Positions 53,138-64,000 of a stretch of DNA of 64,000 bases are shown piece after piece. How positions within the stretch are numbered: position 1 is the stretch's first letter; the number at the start of each line of letters is the position of its first letter. Source of the DNA: an uncultured Acidobacteriota bacterium (GTDB taxonomy: Bacteria; Acidobacteriota; UBA6911); assembly GCA_963843575.1 (NCBI GenBank), contig CAWJKZ010000013.1, forward strand, positions 448,001-512,000. Direction: 5' to 3'. Below the pieces are notes generated by a model, which did not search any database, was not told the DNA's origin, and saw nothing but the letters and a program-made list of their open reading frames with translations. A program made the position numbers and the translations under genes.

Positions 53138-54103
53138 TCATTCCCGAAACGCGCTTTCCAGCTTCCGCACAAACGCGTCGCGGTAGTCGTAGGGTACCTC
53201 CAGGTACCGCACCTTTGTCCGAATGCTCAACTGCGGGGCGCCGGTTTCCCTGTCGTAGGAATAAGGGACGCCGGTAGGGTCCAGGGGCGGCTGGCGCAGG
53301 AGGCCGGCCCGCACCAGCTCTCCGAGGTCCGACGGCGCCCTCCCGGTGCGCCGCCTGTAGCGTTCGATCAAGAACTCCAGCGTCCACAGGTCCTCGTTCA
53401 CCTGCATGCTATCGAGGTGGTTCCTGGCGTTGGCCTTCAGGTCGGCGCGGCTCGATTCCTGGTACTGGCGCTGCCACAGGGCCCGCGCCGTCTCCACCGC
53501 CCCCCCTCGGGTCAGGGCCGTAGCCGACAAGCCCTCCATCCAGGGGGGTGCGCCCGGCAGGCGGCTCGCCGTCAGCCACACGTGCCCGGCGCTTTTGAAG
53601 TCTTTCAGGAACCAGAAGTAAACGAATCCCTTGTCGAAATAGAGCCGCCAGTCGCGCGGGTGCTGCGCAATCCCCTTGTCCAGCAGACTGAGCGCCGCGG
53701 CGGGCTGGCCGGCACCTATCGGATCCGGCTCAGCCAGAAACGAGCTCCCCGACCGGTAGGCGTCCAGGAGCATCGGGTCCAGGGTCGTCGTGATATCGAG
53801 CAGGGTCGCGAGGTTCTTGTAGCGCACCGGGCGGCGGTCGGCTTCATCGCGCCGGCCATAGTACTGGATGACGCGCATCCAGTAAGCGTCGGCGACGAGA
53901 GTGGGGTACCCGAGCGACAGCATCCGCACCACGGCCGGGGATCCGAAGCAAAGCTGGTCGGAGACGACAGCGTCGCCGGGCTTCAGACCGTCGACCCGGT
54001 CCTGAACGGGTTTGATCAGGACCGCCGCGACAAACAGCGTGCAAGCCAGCGGAACGACGCGGCGTGTTATCCGGAATCTCACAGGCATCTTCATGCGAGT
54101 CAT
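53138..54103 (-). CDS. PilG/XapA-like membrane-anchored TPR-like protein
   Basis: N-terminal TM segment; LGYPTLVADAYWMRVIQYYG, TTLDP and LLDKGIAQHPRDWRL..GFVYFW; downstream of an ABC pair. Confidence 0.65.
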   Translation of the reverse strand: MTRMKMPVRFRITRRVVPLACTLFVAAVLIKPVQDRVDGLKPGDAVVSDQLCFGSPAVVRMLSLGYPTLVADAYWMRVIQYYGRRDEADRRPVRYKNLATLLDITTTLDPMLLDAYRSGSSFLAEPDPIGAGQPAAALSLLDKGIAQHPRDWRLYFDKGFVYFWFLKDFKSAGHVWLTASRLPGAPPWMEGLSATALTRGGAVETARALWQRQYQESSRADLKANARNHLDSMQVNEDLWTLEFLIERYRRRTGRAPSDLGELVRAGLLRQPPLDPTGVPYSYDRETGAPQLSIRTKVRYLEVPYDYRDAFVRKLESAFRE

Positions 54104-54173
54104 TGTGCCGCGCCTTCGGCGCTCATTTCCCCGGGCCCTCGAGGTTCGCGGGATGCCCCGGTACCCGTTCAAC

Positions 54174-54968
54174 TCACTTGAAATCCCTGCGCGCAAAAAC
54201 GGCAGCGGCGATACACACGAGCGCGGCGGAGTAGAGCACGCCGTATGCGCTGACCCACGCCACTGCGCCGCGGTCGATCGCCTGGTGGTAAGCGGCGCTC
54301 TGGATGACGTTGCGGCTGTCGATCGTGGAGAAATTCGACAGGTTCGGGAGGAGGTAGTACAGCACCCGGGTCGTGTGCTCGACCGCGGCCGACTTTGTCA
54401 AGCGCCCGAAGTTGAGCAGGTCGCCGTTGAAGTGCCCGATCGCCCAGAGAAAAAGCGTAAAGACCGCCGAGAGCGCCGGGGTGGAGAAGGTCGAAAAAAC
54501 CAAGGCGACCGCCGTGGTCAGCGCGAGCGCCAGAAAAATGAGATACACCGCCGGGATCAGGTGAAGCATCTCGGCCGGCTTCACGCCCCCATGGAAGAGG
54601 AGCGTCAGGGCCAGGAATCCGGTCATGACCAGAACGTTGACACCCAGGGTGATCAGCAGCCCGGCGTACTTGCCTACGATAAACTCGGCGCGACGGACGG
54701 GTTTCGAGAGCAGGGCATAGACCGTTTTCCGTTCGATTTCCTTGTGGACCAGGCTGATCCCGATGAAGATCGCGATCAGGGTGCCGAAAATCGATATGGC
54801 CGACAGTCCGAGGTCCACGATGACTTTCGCTTCCTGCCCCAGCGTCAGCTGTCCGAGCGCGATGGAACTCAGGATCATGATCAGGGCAAAAAGGATCAGG
54901 TTGTACAGGACCTTGTCCCGGATGTTTTCCCGAAACGTGTTGAGTGCGATCGCCGAAATACGTCCCAT
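54174..54968 (-). CDS. ABC-2 type permease (PilI-like)
   Basis: IALNTFRENIRDK, KEIERKTVYALLSKPVRR.EFIVGKY, YYLLPNL and FARRDF. Confidence 0.85.
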   Translation of the reverse strand: MGRISAIALNTFRENIRDKVLYNLILFALIMILSSIALGQLTLGQEAKVIVDLGLSAISIFGTLIAIFIGISLVHKEIERKTVYALLSKPVRRAEFIVGKYAGLLITLGVNVLVMTGFLALTLLFHGGVKPAEMLHLIPAVYLIFLALALTTAVALVFSTFSTPALSAVFTLFLWAIGHFNGDLLNFGRLTKSAAVEHTTRVLYYLLPNLSNFSTIDSRNVIQSAAYHQAIDRGAVAWVSAYGVLYSAALVCIAAAVFARRDFK

Positions 54969-55032
54969 GATGCGTCACCCCGGCTTACAAAACCCGCCTC
55001 GCGGCCGAGCGGGTGCCTTGCAGGCTCCCGGC

Positions 55033-56007
55033 TCAGGCGCCGGCGCTCCGCGGCCCGGCAGCCGGCCGGCTGCAGCTCTTGTTCTGCTCGGCCACTTCCC
55101 GGAAGAAATGCTCCTCCAGGGAGGGGCGGATCGGGTTCACCGAAATCAACTCCGCGTGGTACTCGAACGCCTGACAGAGGATGGCCTGCAACTGGTCCTC
55201 GGTTGCGGCCCGCAGCCTCAGCCGATCTCCTACCGGATGCACTGAAGCCGCCAGGGCGCCTATGCGGTCGCCTACCGAGGGCTCCACGCGCGCGAGTATC
55301 ACCTCGTGGCCCGAGATCTCGACGTCGAGAATATCGTGCAGGGCACCCGATTGCTGGAGGCGTCCCCGGTTCAGGATGGCAACCCGGTCACAGAGCGCTT
55401 CGACATCCGGGAGAATGTGCGAACTGAAGAACACCGTGACGCCCTGGGCCTTCAGCGAGGCGATCACCTCGCGCACCTCACGCCGGCCGAGCGGGTCGAG
55501 TCCCGACATGGGCTCGTCCAGGAACACGACCTCCGGGTTGTTGATAAGCGCTTGGGCGATGCCGATCCGCTGCACCATCCCCTTGGAAAACCTGCGCAGT
55601 TGCAGGTTGCGCGCCGTCACCAGCCCCACCCGTTCCAGCAGGGCGTCGACCCGGCGCCCCAGTTCCGGCGCGTGCAACCCGAAGAGCCGGCCGACATAGA
55701 CCAGCAGTTCCTGCGCGGTGAGGTAATCGTAGAAGTACGGGTGTTCGGGAAGGAATCCGATCTGCCGGCGCATCGCGACCCTGTCGACAGGCTGCCCCAG
55801 GATTGAGGCCGAGCCCGAGGTCGGACGCAGCAGACCCATCAGGATCTTGAGCGTCGTCGTTTTCCCAGCGCCATTTGGCCCAAGAAAACCGAAAACCTCT
55901 CCCCGCTCCACGTGGAGGCTCAAGCCGTCCACGGCGCGGACGGCGCGCTTCTTCCAGAACCCTGCTGGAAAGTCCTTCACCAGATCCCTGATCTCGATCA
56001 CACCCAT
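55033..56007 (-). CDS. ABC transporter ATP-binding protein (PilH-like)
   Basis: [39 protein letters not shown] and FFSSHIL. Confidence 0.9.
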   Translation of the reverse strand: MGVIEIRDLVKDFPAGFWKKRAVRAVDGLSLHVERGEVFGFLGPNGAGKTTTLKILMGLLRPTSGSASILGQPVDRVAMRRQIGFLPEHPYFYDYLTAQELLVYVGRLFGLHAPELGRRVDALLERVGLVTARNLQLRRFSKGMVQRIGIAQALINNPEVVFLDEPMSGLDPLGRREVREVIASLKAQGVTVFFSSHILPDVEALCDRVAILNRGRLQQSGALHDILDVEISGHEVILARVEPSVGDRIGALAASVHPVGDRLRLRAATEDQLQAILCQAFEYHAELISVNPIRPSLEEHFFREVAEQNKSCSRPAAGPRSAGA

Positions 56008-56168
56008 GGCCCGGTTTCATCCCGCACGAGGTTGTGGTATTGGGGGGCGAACGCGAAGGGGGACCTGACACGCGGGCCAGCTTTGAGCTCCCTGCACGCT
56101 CAGGGCATTGGCGATAGGGTCTTCGTTCCGCCGCCCGACGGCGTCGAGCCGCCCACCCCCTTACCTAT

Positions 56169-56195
56169 AGATCGGCCGCTTTGTTCAAAACTTGA
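56169..56195 (-). promoter_or_regulatory. sigma28 (FliA)-like promoter of the pilHIG-like operon
   Basis: TCAAGTTT-N11-GCCGATCT on the minus strand. Confidence 0.6.
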
Positions 56196-56303
56196 ACATC
56201 CGTAAAGGCATTCTGCCCCGTTGGCCGTATTGTGAAGAGTATGGGGCGGCCGAGGCCGTAGCCGTGGTGGATTGCAGAACTCCAAAACACGAAGAGAAAG
56301 GTG

Positions 56304-57029
56304 TCAGGTCGAACGCTGGCGGAGGACTTCGTAGAGGGCAATGCCGGCGGCGACGCTGACGTTGTGGGAAGAGACCCTGCCGCGTACCGGGATCGAAACG
56401 AGGAAGTCGCACTTCTCGCGGACGAGGCGGTGCAGCCCGCTCCCCTCGTTCCCGAGCACGAGGGCCGTCGGGACCTTGAAATCGGCTTCCCAGAGGGGCC
56501 GCCCCGATTCGGCGTCCAAGCCTGCAACCCAGTATCCGCTCTTTCTCAGGAGCTCGATCAAACGGGCGAGGTTGGGGATCCGTGCGATCTTCAGGTGAGA
56601 AGCCGCGCCGGCGCTCGCCCGCGCGACCGTCGGGCTCAGCCCGGCGCTGCGTCGGATTGGCAGGAACAAACCGTCCGCCCCGGCGACCTCGGCGGATCGG
56701 ATGATCGCCCCAAGGTTGTGAGGGTCTTCGATGCCGTCGAGCACCACGACGAGCCCCGGGGACGACGCCTGCTCCAGCACCGCCTCGGGCTCGAGCGGGG
56801 CGATTTCCGAGACATAACAGAGCACCCCCTGGTGGCGCTCCCCCTCGGACTTGCGGTCGAGCCAGGCGCGTTCTTCAAACGAAACCGGGACATGAGCACG
56901 ACGGCTCGACTCGACGATTTCCTGCACGCGGGGCTTGCGTTGATCTCTCTGGATACAGACCCGTTCGATCCTGCCGGCGCCAGCCCGCAGGGCTTCCAGA
57001 ACCGCGTTTATCCCGTAGACGATGGCCAT
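56304..57029 (-). CDS. rlmB: 23S rRNA (Gm2251) methyltransferase RlmB
   Basis: YGINAVLEAL, HQGV, LDGIEDPHNLGAIIRSA, GNEGSG and NVSVAAGIALYE. Confidence 0.93.
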   Translation of the reverse strand: MAIVYGINAVLEALRAGAGRIERVCIQRDQRKPRVQEIVESSRRAHVPVSFEERAWLDRKSEGERHQGVLCYVSEIAPLEPEAVLEQASSPGLVVVLDGIEDPHNLGAIIRSAEVAGADGLFLPIRRSAGLSPTVARASAGAASHLKIARIPNLARLIELLRKSGYWVAGLDAESGRPLWEADFKVPTALVLGNEGSGLHRLVREKCDFLVSIPVRGRVSSHNVSVAAGIALYEVLRQRST

Positions 57030-57038
57030 GGCCGGCGT

Positions 57039-58277
57039 TCACTTTTTGCGCGTCAGCAGCGCGACTGCCTGAGCGGATATGCCCTCGCCGCGACCCTCGG
57101 CGTTCATCCCCTCGGTGGTGGTCGCCTTTATGCTCACCTCGTCGACGGTCAGACCCAGGCTTGAAGCGATGTTGCGCCTCATGTCTTCCATGAACGGAGC
57201 CAGGCGCGGGCGCTGTGCCAGGATGGTCGCGTCTACGTTGCGGGGCTGCCACCCGGCGCTGTCCAGTTTGAGCCGGACCTCCCGCAGGAATTCCAGGGAG
57301 GAACGGTCGTGGTGCGACGGGTCGCTGTCGGGGAAATGCCTGCCGATATCCCCCAGGGCAGCCGCACCCAGCAGCGCATCGCAGATGGCATGGCTGAGCG
57401 CGTCGGCGTCCGAATGCCCTTCGAGCCCCACCTCGCTGGGTATTTCGACACCCCCGAGGACGAGCTTGCGCCCGCCGGTCAGCCGGTGATAATCCGTTCC
57501 CTGCCCGATGCGGATCATGGGATTAGGCTCCCGAGCTCCGGCCGGTATCGCGCCCCCCGAGAGCAGCGCCTCCCCGAGCAGCAGGTCGATGGGCCGGGTG
57601 ATTTTGATGTTGTCGGGGGCGCCCGGGACGACAACCACAGGGTGGCCGGCCCAGCGCACGACGGATGATTCGTCCGTTCCCAGGAAACCCGCCTGCGCCG
57701 CTTTCTCGAGCGCGTCGCGCAGCACGCCGCTCCTGAAACACTGCGGGGTCTGGATGGCGTACAGTTCCTCGCGGGGCGGCGTCCGCAGCACTCTGCCGGA
57801 ACGAGAGACTCTCTGGATTGTCTCGGTTGCGGGGAGGGCCGGGACCGCGCCCCCTTTCCGCCGCGCCGCGTCCACGACGCGCCTGATGGTCTCGAGGTCG
57901 CAGAAGGGGCGCACGGCGTCGTGGACAAGGATTATGTCGGCTTCCGGGTTCGTCCCTTGGACTCCCAGCCACACCGACTCCTGACGGGTCGGCCCCCCGC
58001 AGATGCACTCGACGGGTATCCTCGGCGAGGTTGAGGAGCAGAGGGCGCGCGCGGCTTCCACGTGCTCGGCCGGGAGCGCGATGACGATTTGAACCACCTC
58101 GTCGAAGGCCGCGACGCACTCGACGGTGCGCAACAAAATCGGGCGGCCGGCGAGGTCGAGGAATTGCTTGGGCAAACCGGCACTTATGCGGGTGCCGGTG
58201 CCGCCTGCGGCAATTACCGCCGCGACTGTGCCCGCCCTCCGCCTCCGGTGCCCGCGCGTTGCGGATGGTCTCGTCAT
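57039..58277 (-). CDS. ispDF: Bifunctional IspD/IspF
   Basis: AAGGTGTR..PKQF, VHDAVRP, QTPQ and NIKIT fused in frame to RIGQGTDYH, GHSDAD, GDIGRHFPD and KATTTE. Confidence 0.92.
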   Translation of the reverse strand: MTRPSATRGHRRRRAGTVAAVIAAGGTGTRISAGLPKQFLDLAGRPILLRTVECVAAFDEVVQIVIALPAEHVEAARALCSSTSPRIPVECICGGPTRQESVWLGVQGTNPEADIILVHDAVRPFCDLETIRRVVDAARRKGGAVPALPATETIQRVSRSGRVLRTPPREELYAIQTPQCFRSGVLRDALEKAAQAGFLGTDESSVVRWAGHPVVVVPGAPDNIKITRPIDLLLGEALLSGGAIPAGAREPNPMIRIGQGTDYHRLTGGRKLVLGGVEIPSEVGLEGHSDADALSHAICDALLGAAALGDIGRHFPDSDPSHHDRSSLEFLREVRLKLDSAGWQPRNVDATILAQRPRLAPFMEDMRRNIASSLGLTVDEVSIKATTTEGMNAEGRGEGISAQAVALLTRKK

Positions 58278-58350
58278 CGGCCTGATATTCTAATCCGCAA
58301 TCCACCCGCCGGCAGGAGCAAAACTCGAGGATCCGGCAGGGGCTCTCTCG

Positions 58351-59445
58351 TCAGCGGTTCTTGATCTTGTCTTCGTCGTAGGTTGCCCCGCCGGACGTGC
58401 CCCCACCCGACTTTTCGAAGGAGCGCCGATCCTGCCTGGACTGCGGCGGGCCGCCCCCGTCGGTTTCCTCGGGGAACCGCCCGAAGATCATCTTCCCGGC
58501 GGTGGTCTGCAGCACCGAGGTCACCTGGGTCGCAATGGTCTTGCCGATCATGCGCCGGGCGTTGTCCACGACGACCATGGTGCCGTCATCGAGATACGCC
58601 ACCCCCTGGTTGTACTCCTTCCCCTCCTTGAGGATGAAGACTTTCATGGTTTCGCCGGGGAGCACCACCGGCTTCAACGCGTTCGCCAGCTCGTTGATGT
58701 TCAGGACTTCGACACCCCTCAACTGCGAGACTTTATTGAGGTTGAAGTCGTTCGTGACGATCTTTGCCCCCAGTTCCTTGGCCAGCTCGATCAGCTTGAG
58801 ATCGACTTCTTTGACATCGGGGTAGTCCTTCTCGACGATCTGGACGGTAATGCCAGGGACACTCTTGACCTTCTCCAGGATATCCAGTCCGCGGCGCCCC
58901 CGGTTCCGCTTGATGGAATCGGCGCTGTCGGCGATCTGCTGCAGTTCGCGCAGCACGAAGTGGGGCACGACCAGGGTGCCTTCGAGGAAGCCGGTCTTGC
59001 AGATGTCGGCGACGCGGCCATCGATGATGACGCTCGTGTCGAGCACTTTGTAGGCTTTCCTGCTGCCGCGGTCGCTGAAGATCCCACCCAGGGCCGACAG
59101 GTCCAGATACTCGCCCTTGCTGGCACCCGAGAGCAGGCCCACGTAAGACATGAGCACCAGGACCATTACCTGGACGAAGGTCATGGTTCCCGGCTCGAGA
59201 CGCATCCGACCGATGATGATGCTGATGAGGCTGGCGCCGACGATCCCGAGAATCGACCCTATGGCCGCGCCTATGAGGGTCTTAAGCGAACAATTTCTTA
59301 CACGAAGCTCGACCAGCACGACGAGGCAGGCCAGGGCCGCGCTGATCCCGAGGCTGTAGGGAGTGCTGAGATCGAACGGCCGAACCGAGTAACCACTGAC
59401 AAGAATTGCGAGAAACAACAGGACACGAATAATCCAGAGATCCAT
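58351..59445 (-). CDS. Membrane PIN/TRAM-domain protein (YacL family)
   Basis: N-terminal TM segments; LDTSVIIDGR, RGRRGLDIL, TNDFNLNK, GVAYLDDGTMVVV and SVLQTTAGKMIF. Confidence 0.92.
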   Translation of the reverse strand: MDLWIIRVLLFLAILVSGYSVRPFDLSTPYSLGISAALACLVVLVELRVRNCSLKTLIGAAIGSILGIVGASLISIIIGRMRLEPGTMTFVQVMVLVLMSYVGLLSGASKGEYLDLSALGGIFSDRGSRKAYKVLDTSVIIDGRVADICKTGFLEGTLVVPHFVLRELQQIADSADSIKRNRGRRGLDILEKVKSVPGITVQIVEKDYPDVKEVDLKLIELAKELGAKIVTNDFNLNKVSQLRGVEVLNINELANALKPVVLPGETMKVFILKEGKEYNQGVAYLDDGTMVVVDNARRMIGKTIATQVTSVLQTTAGKMIFGRFPEETDGGGPPQSRQDRRSFEKSGGGTSGGATYDEDKIKNR

Positions 59446-59488
59446 TTATCAGCTCCTCCGGAATAATCCACGATATGAATCGGTAACC

Positions 59489-59668
59489 TTGATTTCCAGC
59501 CGGGTCTGGGGTGAAAGTCTCGAGTGCAGGATTGAAGGCGATCAGCAAGACTTGGTTCAGAACTTCAACTAGCCATTTGCCTATCGCTGACATGAAGCAC
59601 CAAGATTAACGCCGGTGGGATTCGCTAAGGGGTCAGCCACAGCCCCCGGCTGGTGGAACTTCAAATAC
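59489..59668 (-). ncRNA. ssrS: Probable 6S RNA
   Basis: About 175-nt rod: closing stem ccagccggg/cccggctgg, large central bubble, apical irregular stem gcgat-aggcaa/ttgct-gatcgc, gttctgaacc motif; extended -10 TGcTACATT at 59685-59677. Confidence 0.6.
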
Positions 59669-59724
59669 TTGGAGAGAATGTAGCACACGCCACAAACGAT
59701 TTGGATCATTAAAATGAACCGCGG

Positions 59725-59825
59725 GTGGGTCGCGGCGGCTCGACGCGGCCAGCGATTTCGCTCATTCCGTGGTTATTCTTGATGGTAGCTCATTCGGGCG
59801 GGGGCCGGGCCGCCCCCGCCCACCC
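59725..59825. repeat. REP-like doublet
   Basis: gtgggtcgcggcggctcgacgcggcc...ggcggggccgggccgcccccgcc-CACC; mirrors 780-852. Confidence 0.55.
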
Positions 59826-59834
59826 TAATTCTCA

Positions 59835-61232
59835 CTACACCTCGAAAATCAGCTCGGATAGCTCAGTAACTGCAGTTAGTGGAACAAGTTCCAGTCCACG
59901 AACCGGGTCCGCGAGCGGCAGGTTCCCCGAGGGCAGGATGCAGCGGCGGAACCCCATCAACCCGGCCTCTTTGATCCGTTGGGAGATCTGGGTGACCGGA
60001 CGGACTTCGCCAGACAACCCAAGTTCCCCGAGCAATACGGTGTCCGGCCGAATGGGGCGGTTGCGGAAACTGCTCAAGATGGCCGAACAGATCCCCAGGT
60101 CCGAGGCGGGCTCGTTGATTTCGAGCCCGCCGGCGGCGTTGAGATAGATGTCGCAGCCGACAAGCGGGATTCCCAGTCGCTTCTCGAGCATGGCGACCAG
60201 CACCGACACGCGATTGTAGTCGACGCCGGTCGAAGTGCGCCGGGCAGTGCCGTACTGGGTCGAAATGACCAGCGCCTGAACCTCGACCAGCATCGGCCGG
60301 GTGCCTTCGACGGCGCAGACGACGGCGCTGCCCGGCGCCGCCGCCTGCCGCTCGCGCAGGAACAGGCCGGAGGCGTTCTGGACCGGCACCAGGCCCCGGG
60401 ACGTCATCTCGAAGATGCCGACTTCGTTGGCTGCGCCGAAACGGTTTTTGACGGCACGGATGATCCGGTGGTTGTGGTGGCGTTCCCCCTCGAAATAGAG
60501 CACCGCGTCGACGATGTGTTCAAGCGCCTTCGGACCGGCGATCGAGCCGTCTTTAGTCACATGGCCAATCAAAAACACCGACATACCCCCTGTTTTTGCC
60601 AAGTTCATCAACTGGGTAGCGACGTGACGCACCTGGCCGATGCTTCCGGGCGCGGAATCCAGGCCTTCCGAAAATGTGGTCTGCACGGAGTCGACGATCA
60701 GTTCCGTCGGTCGCACGTCCTCGACGGCCGCGAGGATTCTTTCAAGGGAAGACTCGGCAGCGAGAAAAACTTCCTGGGGGACCGGCCCGGCGGCGGTCTG
60801 CCCCTCGTCCGGCGGTCCCTGGAGACGGTCCGCCCGCATCTTGATCTGCTGCGGCGACTCCTCGCCTGAAACGTAGAGCACGCGGCGCCGGTCCCCCTGC
60901 AGGCTTTGGGCGATCTGGAGCAGGAGCGTGGACTTGCCGACGCCTGGTTCCCCGCCCAATAGAACTACCGAGCCCGGCACGAGGCCGCCGCCGAGAACAC
61001 GGTCGAACTCGGCGTTGCCCGTGTGGATCCTCGCGGATTCCTCCATGGAGACATCCGAGAGGCGGGACACGGTGGGGCTTACCGACGGCGCGCGCGACGC
61101 CCCTCTCGGGGCTGGTAGCCGCCTTTCCTCCGCGAAGGAATTCCAGCTGCCGCAGTCCGGGCAGCGCCCCAGCCACTTCGCCGAAGAGTACCCGCAAGAC
61201 TGGCATTCAAACGACGTCGTCGATTTTGTCAT
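59835..61232 (-). CDS. radA: DNA repair protein RadA/Sms
   Basis: CQSCG..KWLGRCPDC, GGEPGVGKST, GHVTKDG and KNRFG. Confidence 0.96.
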   Translation of the reverse strand: MTKSTTSFECQSCGYSSAKWLGRCPDCGSWNSFAEERRLPAPRGASRAPSVSPTVSRLSDVSMEESARIHTGNAEFDRVLGGGLVPGSVVLLGGEPGVGKSTLLLQIAQSLQGDRRRVLYVSGEESPQQIKMRADRLQGPPDEGQTAAGPVPQEVFLAAESSLERILAAVEDVRPTELIVDSVQTTFSEGLDSAPGSIGQVRHVATQLMNLAKTGGMSVFLIGHVTKDGSIAGPKALEHIVDAVLYFEGERHHNHRIIRAVKNRFGAANEVGIFEMTSRGLVPVQNASGLFLRERQAAAPGSAVVCAVEGTRPMLVEVQALVISTQYGTARRTSTGVDYNRVSVLVAMLEKRLGIPLVGCDIYLNAAGGLEINEPASDLGICSAILSSFRNRPIRPDTVLLGELGLSGEVRPVTQISQRIKEAGLMGFRRCILPSGNLPLADPVRGLELVPLTAVTELSELIFEV

Positions 61233-61336
61233 ATCTCCCGGCCCGCCCAAATCATCTCAATCCATCACACGATTGCATAGTGGAGCGTCCCTCACAAAAG
61301 TCGCCGATAGCGCCCCTTTATTTCGTGTGGTACTCG

Positions 61337-61367
61337 AAAAAAGAAAGCCCCCGAACGGGGGCTTTCT
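61337..61367 (-). terminator. Intrinsic terminator after the TonB-dependent receptor
   Basis: Minus strand agaaagcccccg-tt-cgggggctttct followed by a T-run. Confidence 0.85.
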
Positions 61368-61389
61368 CCAGACGGGTAACGCATGAGCT

Positions 61390-64000
<2,611 letters not shown>

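Noticed and set aside
57039-58277. IspD-IspF fusion as a novelty
   Set aside because: Bifunctional IspDF is well known in several bacterial lineages

Overview
GC-rich bacterial chromosomal window, probably Acidobacteriota. That placement is inferred from the Oar-type TonB-dependent receptor, the tandem MacB-like permeases and the style of the ccm cluster. Content from left to right: a sugar/amino-sugar catabolic region (Zn-ADH, SDR and D-aminoacylase facing an agaR-SIS-pfkB-CBM9-gatZ operon); an LVIVD lipoprotein; rfaE2 and mfd; two SurA/PpiC genes; an orphan helical-repeat protein; dusB; tatAC; ctpA, mltD and two ABC permeases; an AUR1-like gene; a Tat-exported TIM-barrel gene with an oxidoreductase; an Rrf2-sufBCDSUT operon; trpS and pepP; a variant cytochrome c maturation operon; two paralogous PAS-GAF-GGDEF proteins; a pilHIG/xap-like ABC operon; rlmB, ispDF, a PIN/TRAM gene, a probable 6S RNA and radA; and a partial TonB receptor. 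About ten single-base frameshifts, some in housekeeping genes, point to uncorrected long-read errors rather than pseudogenes. No CRISPR-Cas, prophage, transposase, tRNA or rRNA was seen. The best candidate for an undescribed system is the diguanylate cyclase pair: one active-looking and one degenerate, both carrying an AhpD-like N-terminal sensor that has lost its CxxC. The pair is convergent with the pilHIG-like exporter, and DGC1 and the exporter both have sigma28-like promoters. Other leads are several strongly structured intergenic RNA candidates (about 14.3-14.6 kb, 16.7-16.9 kb and the trpS leader) and a CxxxY-CcmE plus Cys-rich CcmH hybrid ccm system. All calls come from reading the sequence by eye; no database searches were run.
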